From: Dehalococcoidia bacterium UBA2247
Lineage (GTDB): Bacteria; Chloroflexota; Dehalococcoidia; UBA2247
Assembly: GCA_002347295.1 (NCBI GenBank)
Contig: DDXZ01000030.1
Coordinates: forward strand, 45,216-109,215
Direction of reading: 5' to 3'
DNA: 64,000 nt
In this document: positions 29,839 to 40,006 of the stretch, one piece after another
Numbering within the stretch: the stretch's first letter is position 1
How the letters are laid out: each line of letters starts with the position of its first letter
Program-made: the position numbers and the translations under genes
The notes under the pieces: model-generated
What the model was told of the DNA's origin: nothing
Seen by the model: the letters and a program-made list of their open reading frames with translations, nothing else
Database searches by the model: none

Positions 29839-30411
29839 ATGGTCCGCATTCCTTATGTTGAAAAAGAGAACGCTGCTCCGGAAGTGGCTGAGCTTTATGC
29901 TAAGATGGAGAGCCGGGGATTCCCCATACAGAATCTCTGGAAGATGGCCGCTCATTGTCCCGCTGCGCTGGGACATATGATCAGATTGGGTGATGCTGTG
30001 CTGTTGAAGACCAGACTGAACCCGACTCTGCGCGAAATAGCCATTCTCCGCTCCGCTGTGATTCTTGATTGCGCATATGAGACCAAGGCGCACACCGGGA
30101 TGGGCAAACAGGCGGGAGTGACTGATGAGCAAATCCAGGCTGTAAAGGACTGGAAAATATCCCGAGCTTTTAACAAGACGGAACAGGCAGTATTACGTTT
30201 CACCGATGAAATCACCAGAGAAGCTAAGGTTTCTGACGAGACCTTTACCAACCTGCAACAGTATCTCGATGCTGATATGATGGTAGAACTGGCGATTACC
30301 ATTGGCTTCTACGGCATGCTTGCCCGCGTTCTCCTGCCCTTCCAGGTAGACCTGCAGGAGATATCTCAGTCAACCGGGCAGAATTTACTCAATCGCTCTC
30401 GCGGTCAGTAA
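29839..30411 (+). CDS. carboxymuconolactone decarboxylase/AhpD-like family protein
   Basis: CMD-family helical core pattern. Confidence 0.6.
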   Translation: MVRIPYVEKENAAPEVAELYAKMESRGFPIQNLWKMAAHCPAALGHMIRLGDAVLLKTRLNPTLREIAILRSAVILDCAYETKAHTGMGKQAGVTDEQIQAVKDWKISRAFNKTEQAVLRFTDEITREAKVSDETFTNLQQYLDADMMVELAITIGFYGMLARVLLPFQVDLQEISQSTGQNLLNRSRGQ

Positions 30412-30623
30412 AAACTATAAATTAGCGGAAGCCAAGTTGACCCGAACAACTTATTACGTTAACTATGCTCTGTTAGCAATTTGTTAGCAAAATCTATCTG
30501 GACATTACACCTTATTAGTGTTCAGTTTCATCGTCAGCCCTACGAATAAATTCTACTAAGGAAACTCTGAAAAAGTCTCCGGATATGAGATAATAGTGAT
30601 ATCGAATATCATAGGAGCAAAAT

Positions 30624-31151
30624 ATGAGAACATTATCCTTTGCCAGCTTAGTCTATGAACAGAAGAAAAAGAAAACCCGACGGGAACAATTTCTGGAAGA
30701 GATGGACGAGGTTATTCCCTGGGAAGCTATGGTGAAAATCATCCGTCCATATTATCCAAAAGCAGGCAACGGACGTCAACCAATGCGGTTGGAGATGATG
30801 CTGAGGATATACTTCCTGCAGCAATGGTATGGTCTGTCAGACCCTGCGATGGAAGATGCGCTCTACGATATAGAAGCGATAAGGCGATTTGCGGGAATTG
30901 ATCTTCAAACGGATGCGGTGCCTGACGAAACGACGATATTGCACTTTCAACACCTTTTGGAGAAGTACAAACTGACGGAGAAGTTGTTTGAGCAGTCGCG
31001 GCGATATCTCATAGACAAGGGATTGATGGTAAGAGAGGGAACGATAGTTGATGCCACGATACTGAATGCGCCCTCAGCGACGAAAAACAAGGGAAATGCT
31101 CGTGATAAGGAGATGAAGCAGACCAAGAAAGGGGAGCTAATAGTTCCTTGA
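30624..31151 (+). pseudogene. IS5-family transposase, N-terminal ~175-aa fragment
   Basis: It is strongly IS5-like: 'YPKAGNGRQPMRLEMMLRIYFLQQWYGLSDPAMEDALYDIEAIRRFAGIDL...GTIVDATILNAPSATKNKGNARDKEMKQTKKG'. The ORF stops there and the C-terminal half of the DDE domain is absent. Confidence 0.7.
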
Positions 31152-31660
31152 AAACCTGCACTACCTCTGCTACACTGATTTCTACTTTCATAGGCGCTTC
31201 TCCTTTCTTATTGTTTTATTTCTTTCAATAAAACCTTGTAAAGGAAAGCGCCCTATTTTCAATCCCCCGCAATTTCACACAAAAAATTTTACACTACCGG
31301 CAATAGGGGATATGTTTTTTTTGCAGTGACACCAGGTCATGGGATGCAAATGCTCTGGGTAGAGAATCCGGCAGTAGTGGCCGACAAGAACGGCTTCTTA
31401 AAGAGTGGTTGGGTCGTCGCTTCTATTGGTGATGTACTCAATACAATTGTCGGATTGTCAAAGAAGATAAACTCCAGCGACTGGCGGGAGGCGGTAGCTT
31501 GGATTGCGACATATGGAGACTGTCGTTTCTCGTAATTTCGACGTCGAAACATAGGACAGTAACCATTTGAATTCGGTGTCCTATATTCTATCGGAGACAA
31601 TGGATATAGTCTCTTTTAGCTACGAAATAGCATCAACACTGATTTCAACCAGCCCTTTTA

Positions 31661-31678
31661 TGGTGGAGACGGGGGAGA
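31661..31678. repeat. 18-bp direct repeat copy A (tggtggagacgggggaga), tRNA-3'-end-like
   Basis: It is identical to 40007..40024. On the minus strand it reads TCTCCCCCGTCTCCACCA. Confidence 0.6.
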
Positions 31679-32008
31679 GTAGATCTCTCTCTAAAATAAA
31701 TTCTTCTCATGTTAGTGAATTAGTAAACATGAGTGGTGCATCGAATGTAATTCCTTCTTTTGTTTGATCCAGCTTTGTCATAATACAATTAATTACGAAT
31801 CAGTCTAACATGTTCGTGTATTTTGCCCTTATGTTAGATAAGATGCCGTGTAACATGTAAAGTGTTGCTAATCTGTCAAACAGGGACAAAACAGGGACGA
31901 GTTCCGTGTCGTTCTTGATAAGCAAATTAAAAGGGAATATAATCGCCCCCAACCACAAAGTACTAAGAATTGCCAACCGCTGGTTCCCTAAGCTAAAAGG
32001 AGGATGAT

Positions 32009-32554
32009 ATGTCGATTGATAACCTGTCTATTGTGCAGAAGATTCTAGATAATGAGAACCTTTTGGCTCAGCGTGCCGACCAGAAAGCAATATCTTTATT
32101 GTCAATCCTGGGAGTATTCATGGTGTTCTTTATTATTAATTATCGCGTTATCCCGGTAAACATATTTACTATAATATTAATTGTTTTATATTTTTTAGGG
32201 GCTATCTTGTCTATTATTAACCTTCTGATGGCTATCCGTCCCCGGGTACGGGTAGAAATCAGCGACATGAAAGTAAGAAATAATATGCCCGCTCATGATC
32301 CCGCCTTTTTTGGTGGTATTTGTAATTATCCCCATGCCTCTGCTTATAAAGAGGCTCTAAATCAGGTGATTGGAGACGAAGCCACTATCATGGATATTTA
32401 CATCCGTCAAATTTATACTGTAGCCCAGATTAATGCATCAAAATATATGCATGTCCAGCGTGGTGTATTACTGGTAGTGACCACATTATCCATTGAATTC
32501 GCTCTTATCGTTTATCTCTTTATATCATTTTGGGGAGCAGGGAAAATACAATAA
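32009..32554 (+). CDS. small membrane protein (2 N-terminal TM helices, ~95-aa soluble region, C-terminal TM)
   Basis: The hydrophobic segments 'ISLLSILGVFMVFFIINY', 'IFTIILIVLYFLGAILSIINLLMAI' and 'VLLVVTTLSIEFALIVYLFISFW' are present. No domain recognised. Confidence 0.4.
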   Translation: MSIDNLSIVQKILDNENLLAQRADQKAISLLSILGVFMVFFIINYRVIPVNIFTIILIVLYFLGAILSIINLLMAIRPRVRVEISDMKVRNNMPAHDPAFFGGICNYPHASAYKEALNQVIGDEATIMDIYIRQIYTVAQINASKYMHVQRGVLLVVTTLSIEFALIVYLFISFWGAGKIQ

Positions 32555-32602
32555 TTTCTTAAAGATTTAAATGCAAAAGTATTACTGTAGTAATATTCCA
32601 GA

Positions 32603-34450
32603 TCAATTGTTATCTTTTATTTTTATTACTCTGTAGACAGTAACCGGTGCTGTTTTCCCTTTGAACGTCTGCGGTTCCATGATTTCACTCTCAATATATT
32701 CCTTTGTTTGCGCATATGTTTCCGGACCAATCCATACTTCACCACCCGGCGTGACACTGCAAATACGAGAGGACAGATTAACAGTATCTCCGATAACAGT
32801 ATATTCTACCCGTCCGGCAGAACCGACGTTGCCGGCTAAAGCTTTCCCGGTGTTGATACCGATACCAAACTGAACAATAATACCCCCCGGTTTGTCTTGC
32901 TGTAATTTTTTCAGTTTCTCCTGCGCTTCCAGGGCTGTTTTTACCGCCAGCAAAGCGTGTTTTTGTTGAGAGTAAGGGGCATTCCAGAGCGCCATAACAT
33001 TGTCCCCGGCAAATTTATTGATGATACCGCTATTTTCCATGGTGGTATCTATCACCGCTCCGAGATAAGTATTTAACATTTGCACCACTTCTGCAGGGGA
33101 GAGGCGTTCACTGATACGGGTAAAATTACGCATATCCGCAAAGAGAATAGTGACCTCTCTTTCTTCACCACCCAGGTCCAGTTTCCCGCAATTTGCCAGA
33201 CTGATTATGCTTTCCGAAATCTGGGGCGAAACATACCTCCCGAAGAGTCCTTTTACAAACTGTTTATCTGATTGTTCCGTTATCAGCATATAAATAACGT
33301 TACCAATGTACAGTACCAATAATAACAATAACGGATAAAGAATATTCATGATATACCCTTTACCGGCCATAACCGTACCCGCAATTATGTAACAAAGAGA
33401 TAAACCTATTACAATACCCGTTACCTTTACTATGTCCCTCCAGCTCCATGTTCCGCAGCGAGACCAAACAAGTGCCGTGATAAAAGTGAGGAGCAGCATT
33501 AACAATACTGTGATACTCATACCAACCGGTCTTAAGAAATTCTGTTGCAGAATAGTGTCCATGGCCGCCGCATGAATATAAATTCCCGGAACTTTAGCTG
33601 CCATATTGGGAATAGGCCAGACATCCAATTCTCCGGTAGCCGTCATACCAATTATCACTACTTTACCTTTAACCAGTGACGGATCAAAGTTTCCCCGGAT
33701 GATATCTCCATAAGAAATATAAGGACGACTTACGTGCCCGGCACTAAAGTTAATCAACAGGGAATAATATTCTTCTACCGGAACATTACGGGCAATCAAA
33801 TAGAGAGAACCCTCTGTCAGTGCATATTGCTCCGGTAAAGGCATGCGGAATAAAGAATGAAGTACTGCGAGAGTAAGTGAGGGGTGGATTTGCCCTGCGT
33901 AATCTTCTACTACTAACGGTAAATGACGTACCTTACCATCAGAATCAGGAATTACATTAGCATGTCCTGTATTCAGAGAAGCTTCTTCTAACAGTTCCGC
34001 CGGTAATAAAAAATTAGTGTAAGTAATCATATTTTCCGCTGGGATACTCCCCGTCCCGGTTTCTGCCAGAACAACATTACCGGCATTAAGCATGGCAGCA
34101 GCCATACTCTCATCATCAGGAGAACTATCGGTAAAAAGAACATCAAATCCAATCACCCTTGCTCCCGCCTGACTGAGGTTATTTACTGCTTCTGCATGCA
34201 GTGAGCGCGGCCACTCCGACCATCTGCCATAAGTCTCCAGAGTATCATCATCGATACCGGCAATAATGATGTTGGGAGATAGCGAACCGGAAGGATAAAA
34301 CTGGTCTGATGTCCATAAATTAATGTTATGTAGCGGTTGCACCAGAGCCAGAATGAGAACAGAGATGCATCCTGTTATAGCAATTGCCAGGGCATGAAAC
34401 AGACGCTTATGCTGCCGCCGATTTTTCAGAACTTTATGTAAAAATGCCAT
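32603..34450 (-). CDS. CHASE2 sensor domain-containing class III adenylate/guanylate cyclase
   Basis: The N-terminal TM and CHASE2 pattern ('IIIAGIDDDTLETYGRWSEWPR...VIGFDVLFTD') is present. TM helices follow, then a C-terminal cyclase homology domain ('VTILFADMRNFTRISE...FAGDNVMALW'). Confidence 0.75.
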   Translation of the reverse strand: MAFLHKVLKNRRQHKRLFHALAIAITGCISVLILALVQPLHNINLWTSDQFYPSGSLSPNIIIAGIDDDTLETYGRWSEWPRSLHAEAVNNLSQAGARVIGFDVLFTDSSPDDESMAAAMLNAGNVVLAETGTGSIPAENMITYTNFLLPAELLEEASLNTGHANVIPDSDGKVRHLPLVVEDYAGQIHPSLTLAVLHSLFRMPLPEQYALTEGSLYLIARNVPVEEYYSLLINFSAGHVSRPYISYGDIIRGNFDPSLVKGKVVIIGMTATGELDVWPIPNMAAKVPGIYIHAAAMDTILQQNFLRPVGMSITVLLMLLLTFITALVWSRCGTWSWRDIVKVTGIVIGLSLCYIIAGTVMAGKGYIMNILYPLLLLLVLYIGNVIYMLITEQSDKQFVKGLFGRYVSPQISESIISLANCGKLDLGGEEREVTILFADMRNFTRISERLSPAEVVQMLNTYLGAVIDTTMENSGIINKFAGDNVMALWNAPYSQQKHALLAVKTALEAQEKLKKLQQDKPGGIIVQFGIGINTGKALAGNVGSAGRVEYTVIGDTVNLSSRICSVTPGGEVWIGPETYAQTKEYIESEIMEPQTFKGKTAPVTVYRVIKIKDNN

Positions 34451-34480
34451 AATTTAAATTATGCTCGACCTTAACTTTAT

Positions 34481-35707
34481 TTAATCAAGAGCTTGCCATT
34501 CGTAAGCTCCTATGTCAGTAACCCCATTATAAGGACGAACCTGTCCCACAATATCAAAAAGTGGCGCATTTACATTGGTACCGCTGTCAATACAGGGAGA
34601 ACTTTGTGTCAGATTAAAATTGTTGAATTCCGGATAGACGAATAGTGGGTCAGCACTGATATTATCCTCGCCGTCATAACCATTCTCAATATCGGAATAG
34701 GTGACTGTGATAGTGTTTTCATCATCTGTGACAATGTCGTACGGTGTATTATTATCCCAAATAATGGTGTTTGTTATCGTTATTGCCGTGGCACTATTGT
34801 TTAAAGTACCACCTAACTCGCTCATATTATTGGAGAACGTGCAGTTGGTTAGCACAAGAGCATTAGAAACAGTAGCAATTGCCGCGCCCGCAGAATAAGC
34901 ACTGTTACCCGTAAACAGGCAGTTGGTGAAGACAACATCTGATGCATCATCGTACACTGCACCGCCTTCAGTACCAGAAAAGTTACTGATAAATATGCAG
35001 TTGGTGAAGATAGCATCCGATATTTCATTATAGACCGCACCGCCGCAGTTCAGAGGAATAGAACTAGTGGACATATTACTGGAAAATATACAGTCGGAGA
35101 CTAACAATGCAGACTGGTAATTATAGAGCGCGCCACCGGAAAGAGCAGCATTTCCAAAGAAGGCGCAGTGTCCGATAACAAGCGTGGAATTCTCACAATA
35201 AATCCCTCCACCCAGACCATCTATATCTTCTCCGGAGGCATTTCCTCCCGTAATACTGAATCCATCCAGTACACCACTAACACCGGAACTATAGATTACG
35301 TGGTAACAATTAGCAATATCAATCTGGCCGCTGAGAACAGTGATATTCGTCTGCCAATCCCGCCCTGCGAGGGAAGCTTCTGTACCGTCAAAATCACCAT
35401 AAAGAGAAACACCATCTTTTAATGGGAAAGACACTGTACCACCAATTTCTACAGAGGGATAATATGTTCCGGACGCCACCCATATCTGGTCACCGCTGCC
35501 ACTAAGATCCAGGGCACTCTGCAAACTATTAAATGCATCTACCCAGGAAGAACCATCATTAATCCCCTGAGCATTGGTATTAACAAAAATCACTCTGGTA
35601 AACATAACCACATTATCACTGCTGCTGGAAGCAGCATTAGTATTACCAGCAGCATCCGAAGCGACACCGGCACCAATAGTCGCCATTACTGTGCCGCTGG
35701 CGGTCAT
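34481..35707 (-). CDS. parallel beta-helix protein with Pmp-like GGA(I/L/V) repeats, probably the C-terminal part of the same surface protein
   Basis: The repeats 'GGAIY/GGALYN/GGAVYN/GGAVYD' and 'FxxN' are typical of polymorphic-membrane-protein/pectin-lyase-fold proteins. There is no signal peptide. Its frame is open upstream into the preceding ORF ('...GGSGGTGTTYNIAVSGMTASG'). Confidence 0.55.
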   Translation of the reverse strand: MTASGTVMATIGAGVASDAAGNTNAASSSSDNVVMFTRVIFVNTNAQGINDGSSWVDAFNSLQSALDLSGSGDQIWVASGTYYPSVEIGGTVSFPLKDGVSLYGDFDGTEASLAGRDWQTNITVLSGQIDIANCYHVIYSSGVSGVLDGFSITGGNASGEDIDGLGGGIYCENSTLVIGHCAFFGNAALSGGALYNYQSALLVSDCIFSSNMSTSSIPLNCGGAVYNEISDAIFTNCIFISNFSGTEGGAVYDDASDVVFTNCLFTGNSAYSAGAAIATVSNALVLTNCTFSNNMSELGGTLNNSATAITITNTIIWDNNTPYDIVTDDENTITVTYSDIENGYDGEDNISADPLFVYPEFNNFNLTQSSPCIDSGTNVNAPLFDIVGQVRPYNGVTDIGAYEWQALD

Positions 35708-37419
35708 ACCGCTAACTGCAATATTATAAGTTGTCCCCGTCCCACCACTTCCACCGTCGTTGCCCCTGCCGTACCGCTGAGAGTAACATCTTCTGACGTA
35801 AAACCGGTCACCGCTTTACTAAAGACAGCGGTAAAATTAACCGATGTATTTGTCGTAGGATCAACCTGGTTTATCCCCTGATTAATAGTAACGGTGGGAA
35901 TTAAGGTATCTTTAACAGCCGTGGTACTACCTGCTTCACTGATATTGCCAGCGGCATCAGTAAGAATAAGGGAAACTGTTAATTTACCGTCTGCAAGACT
36001 ACTGACATTTATATTACTAATGCTAAAAATTCCGGAACCATCCACGATAGCAGAACCGGTAACAGCAACACCCCCGGCAATATCACTGATACTGTAATTT
36101 ATAGTAGCCCCTGCCTCTCCTGAACCAGATAATATCACACCAGCCTGATTACCATAATTAACGGGATCCGTAAGATAAATTGAGTAGGGCGCGCCCGGGA
36201 CCGTAGTATCCAGAATAATACTATGCGTATAATTAATTGACCAGTTACCATATGAATCCTGATACTGCACGGCAACTGTCTTGCTACCATCCCCGGAAGG
36301 AAGTGGCCAGATAATATCGGCGCTATAACTGGTATGACTACTACTGAAGCTTGTAGTTGATGACTCTGAGGCATCCGTACCATTAGCTACCCGGTATCCC
36401 GTCACTCCACTTGAGTCTGATGCATACAAGTTTAAACTAACATCCAGATTGTTAGTATGAGAGACACCACTATTAATATTTAATGAACCGGAGGGTCCCG
36501 TAACATCAGCAGGGGAATAATAAACCACTACCGGCTCCGGTGTAGGGCTGGGCGTTGGTTCCGGAGTTGGAGTTGGCGTGGGCTCCGGGGTTGGTTCCGG
36601 CGTCGGAGTGGGTGTGGGCTCCGGGGTTGGAGTTGGTGTCGGCGGTGGAGCCGGTTCCGGTTCGCTGGGTGGTTCACTCGGCGCAATAAAACTTTGCATC
36701 CCTGGCGGTACATAAACTGCTATACCCTGCGCAATCGCCACTATTGTGCCTTCCCTGTTTATCACTGTAACCAGGCCGCTGGCCGCGATTATTAAATTCA
36801 AAATACTACCCCTGACTGCTGCTACACCATCAGGGGTTTCAATCTCATAGCGTGACGATGAATCAACAAGTTTTTTAACATTGCTGACAGTTTCACCAAT
36901 ACTCTGCTTTAAAAGAATAGTGGTGGAACCCGTATCCGAAATACTCAATTCAGATACATCAATTTGTGTATTTGCCATTAATTCTATGGTGCTGCCATCA
37001 AAAAAAGTAATAATGGCACGGGAACCATCACCCGCTTTAATTTTATCCCGGGGAATTATCGTAGTACCAACCTGAGCTTCTACCCAGGCACTGGAGCCCG
37101 ACTTCAGAACAAATACGCTCCCTTCACTGATAGAAAGCATGGTTAGAGGAGTAGCGTCGATTATTTGTGCTGGTGTAGCAGTGGGTGCAGTTGTTTTTGC
37201 AGGCACTGGCGAAGAAGTTGCCGCTGCTGTTTTTGTTGGTGATGCCGTAGCAGCAGATGAAGACCCGGATGTGGTGTCCGACGGCACTACTGTAGAGGAA
37301 TCTACCGGAAATGGTGTTGTCTTTTGCTGCTGATTACAACCAGTCAGTAAAGTACCTGCCAGTAGAATAACAATCAGAATTATAATCAGTAGCTGGTGTA
37401 AATATTGTTTTGGGGACAT
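35704..37419 (-). CDS. surface lipoprotein, N-terminal part (lipobox signal, FecR-like domain, Pro/Thr repeat linker, Ig-like domains)
   Basis: The lipobox 'LLAGTLLTGC' and a FecR-like 'VFVLKSGSSAWVEAQ...GDGSRAIITFFDGSTIELMANTQIDV' segment are present. A (PTPTPEPT)n linker follows. The reading frame continues into the next ORF after a frame change. Confidence 0.6.
   Translation of the reverse strand: MSPKQYLHQLLIIILIVILLAGTLLTGCNQQQKTTPFPVDSSTVVPSDTTSGSSSAATASPTKTAAATSSPVPAKTTAPTATPAQIIDATPLTMLSISEGSVFVLKSGSSAWVEAQVGTTIIPRDKIKAGDGSRAIITFFDGSTIELMANTQIDVSELSISDTGSTTILLKQSIGETVSNVKKLVDSSSRYEIETPDGVAAVRGSILNLIIAASGLVTVINREGTIVAIAQGIAVYVPPGMQSFIAPSEPPSEPEPAPPPTPTPTPEPTPTPTPEPTPEPTPTPTPEPTPSPTPEPVVVYYSPADVTGPSGSLNINSGVSHTNNLDVSLNLYASDSSGVTGYRVANGTDASESSTTSFSSSHTSYSADIIWPLPSGDGSKTVAVQYQDSYGNWSINYTHSIILDTTVPGAPYSIYLTDPVNYGNQAGVILSGSGEAGATINYSISDIAGGVAVTGSAIVDGSGIFSISNINVSSLADGKLTVSLILTDAAGNISEAGSTTAVKDTLIPTVTINQGINQVDPTTNTSVNFTAVFSKAVTGFTSEDVTLSGTAGATTVEVVGRGQLIILQLAV
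36528..36672 (-). repeat. coding tandem repeat (Pro-Thr-Glu linker: PTPTPEPT units)
   Basis: Near-perfect short tandem nucleotide units (ggctccggggttgg/agttggtgtg...) encode PTPTPEPTPTPTPEPTPEPTPTPTPEPTPSPTPEP. Confidence 0.6.
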
Positions 37420-37633
37420 TTTAATTCCTGCTTATCATAAAAATCTTAATATGAATAATTTTTCTTATATCTTATATATAGAACTACCGGTAAATCTCAG
37501 CAAAACACATTTATTTCCCGGTAATAATACATCTTTTCTGCTATAACTTCATCAGAAAATATGGCATCTGCTTTTCTGATTATTAACTTACTATAATACG
37601 TTCCCCCGGTATAGAACCTGTGTCCCAATTTAT

Positions 37634-38401
37634 TTATATAAATAATTTTTGGTCTTCCGTGACGATATTAATAACCGTTCCCAGTTCCCTGGCTACCATT
37701 TCCAATTCTTTTCTAATGGCTTTTTCATATCGAGGATACAAGTGTACTACGGCAATTTGCGGTAAATAGCCCTTCACCTTATGAAATTCCATTAATTCTA
37801 TCTTTAACAGACCGGGACACAGGTGTTCCGCCTCCAGGGCAGTTTTACCAAGCTTATCGGGATAAGTAGTATCGATAATTAATAATTGGGGTGCAATATT
37901 CTCCCATATTGCTGTCAACCCGGGACCAGTATCACCGGTATAAAATACGCACTTTCCTTCCTTACTTATTACAAAGCCGGTGGCAGGCAGAGGATGATTT
38001 ACGGGGACAGGCATTACAATATAACCATTTACTTCTACACTTTTAAATAGTTTTATCGAAATTAATTGCAGAGCCTTATTTTTCAAAAAAGCAACTTTTT
38101 CAGAGAATGCCGGATATATTTTACCGTCTATGAGATGTGATTTTAGCATATCAAGGGTCTCTGCCAAAGCAAAAACAGGGGTGGTTCGACTCGAATTATT
38201 GAAGGCATAAGTCGGCATACCGCAGAGATGGTCATAATGTCCGTGTGATAAAAATATAGCTTTAATCTTTTTCTGCTCTGTAAAAGAGAGCCCGGTAGTA
38301 ATACTACCAGCATCCAAAACTATAATATTATCAATTAAAACCGATACCAGTCTTGCACTATCAGACTCGGAGTTATGCGTTCCTAAAAATCTAATTTCCA
38401 A
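37634..38401 (-). CDS. MBL-fold metallo-hydrolase
   Basis: 'HGHYDH' metal-binding motif and beta-lactamase fold pattern. Confidence 0.65.
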   Translation of the reverse strand: MEIRFLGTHNSESDSARLVSVLIDNIIVLDAGSITTGLSFTEQKKIKAIFLSHGHYDHLCGMPTYAFNNSSRTTPVFALAETLDMLKSHLIDGKIYPAFSEKVAFLKNKALQLISIKLFKSVEVNGYIVMPVPVNHPLPATGFVISKEGKCVFYTGDTGPGLTAIWENIAPQLLIIDTTYPDKLGKTALEAEHLCPGLLKIELMEFHKVKGYLPQIAVVHLYPRYEKAIRKELEMVARELGTVINIVTEDQKLFI

Positions 38402-38811
38402 TTCTTAACATCCTGTAAATAATTATTAATCCCTCTTTAACAAAAACCGTCTTTAATACACCGATACTTTCATATTTTGGGTCATATCTACGAAGAAAAC
38501 GTAAATTTATACCGCTAATCTCAAGTCAATATATTTACTATTAAAATAATTGTCAAGGAATAATAATAGTACTTTTGTTCAAACACAGTTGAAAGATTAA
38601 ACCCGCCACTATGAGCGACGGGATTCCCCAATTCACACTGATAATCTTATTTCTCCCAATGTCTTGATGAAATATTTACAGCAGGAATATAATAACGTCC
38701 AGCATACCACCAATTCCGCCAGGAAAAAACTACAGTCTCAGAAGTGGACTGATTAGAGACGGATTATTGGTATATAATAAGCATTAAGAAGAATATTTGA
38801 GGACACAACAA

Positions 38812-39819
38812 ATGTACCGCAAGTTTATAAAGCCTGGAATAATAGTAGCGATAGTATTAATCGTGGGAACAATTGGATACTGGTTTATCGGAGACAAACA
38901 ATATTCTTTTCTTGATGCTTTCTATATGACCTTTATTACTATCGCCACGATAGGATATGGCGAAATTATCGATCTCAGCGGTAATCCCTGGGGCAGAGTA
39001 TTTACTATGATTATCACCGTCTGCGGACTGGGAACAATATTATATGTTATCACTAATTTGACTGCCCTCATTGTAGAGGGAGACCTCAGGCAATCTTTCA
39101 GGAGAAGAAAAATGGAAAAAATGATCAGCAATTACGAGAACCATTTCATCGTGTGCGGTATTGGTGAAGCGGGATTTCATATCGTAAACGAGCTTTATGC
39201 CACAAAGAGGCTATATGTTGCCGTTGATACAAGCAGGAATCACCTGGAAAGCAGCCTGGAGACATTTAAGGATGAAGTATTCATACAGGGAGATGCTACC
39301 GACAGCGAAGTATTAATAAAATCCGGAATTATGAAGGCCAGAGGATTATTTGCCGTAACCGCGGACGATAATCAGAATCTGGTGATAATTATTACAGCAA
39401 AACAACTTAATCCCTCTTTAAGAATAGTAGCACGATGTAATCAAATCAAAAACAGCGATAAGATGAGAAGAGTCGGTGCTAATTCCGTAATTTCTCCCAG
39501 TTTTATCGGTGGACTAAGAATGGCTTCAGAAATGATTCGGCCGGTGACCGTTTCATTTCTGGATATAATGCTACGGGATAAAGAGAAAGGGTTGCGCGTT
39601 GAAGAGATTTCCGTACCAGACTCATTTGTGGGGAAGGCTATATCTACTTTAAACATGAAGAAATACTCTCATTCTTTGTTACTCGCGATAAAGATTAAGG
39701 ATAAGGACGGCTGGATCTACAATCCAGCCGGTGACTATCTCATTCAACCCGGAAACACTCTTATTTTTATGACTAATCCGGAAGAGCGCTATAAGCTGGA
39801 AGATATTTTTAATAGCTGA
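38812..39819 (+). CDS. potassium channel protein with RCK/TrkA domains
   Basis: Two TM helices flank the selectivity filter 'TIATIGYGE'. A Rossmann 'CGIGEAGFHIV' TrkA-N and a TrkA-C follow. The start is ATG 38812 with a GAGGA RBS. Confidence 0.7.
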   Translation: MYRKFIKPGIIVAIVLIVGTIGYWFIGDKQYSFLDAFYMTFITIATIGYGEIIDLSGNPWGRVFTMIITVCGLGTILYVITNLTALIVEGDLRQSFRRRKMEKMISNYENHFIVCGIGEAGFHIVNELYATKRLYVAVDTSRNHLESSLETFKDEVFIQGDATDSEVLIKSGIMKARGLFAVTADDNQNLVIIITAKQLNPSLRIVARCNQIKNSDKMRRVGANSVISPSFIGGLRMASEMIRPVTVSFLDIMLRDKEKGLRVEEISVPDSFVGKAISTLNMKKYSHSLLLAIKIKDKDGWIYNPAGDYLIQPGNTLIFMTNPEERYKLEDIFNS

Positions 39820-40006
39820 TAATTTTTCCCTGTTAATCAATTCGAGATAGGGTAAGGTCAATATTAAAGAAACAAAATCAATCGTGGCAATAAAACCTAA
39901 ACCGCCCTTTGCTCCCATCTTTCAGGTGGCAATAATGCGTGAGAGAGCTGGTATCAAATTAGTGAATGAGCCTCAGGAAATTACCCCTGAGGCTCAGAAT
40001 TGTTTC

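Noticed and set aside
31326-31767. Small ORFs 31326..31535 and 31567..31767 in the 850-bp gap after the truncated IS5
   Set aside because: They have no RBS or recognisable motif and lie in a region with IS debris and att-like repeats. Coding status is unsupported.
36528-36672. Possible CRISPR-like or non-coding tandem repeat array
   Set aside because: The repeats are in-frame coding sequence, a Pro/Thr/Glu linker of the surface lipoprotein on the minus strand. There are no unique spacers and no cas genes.
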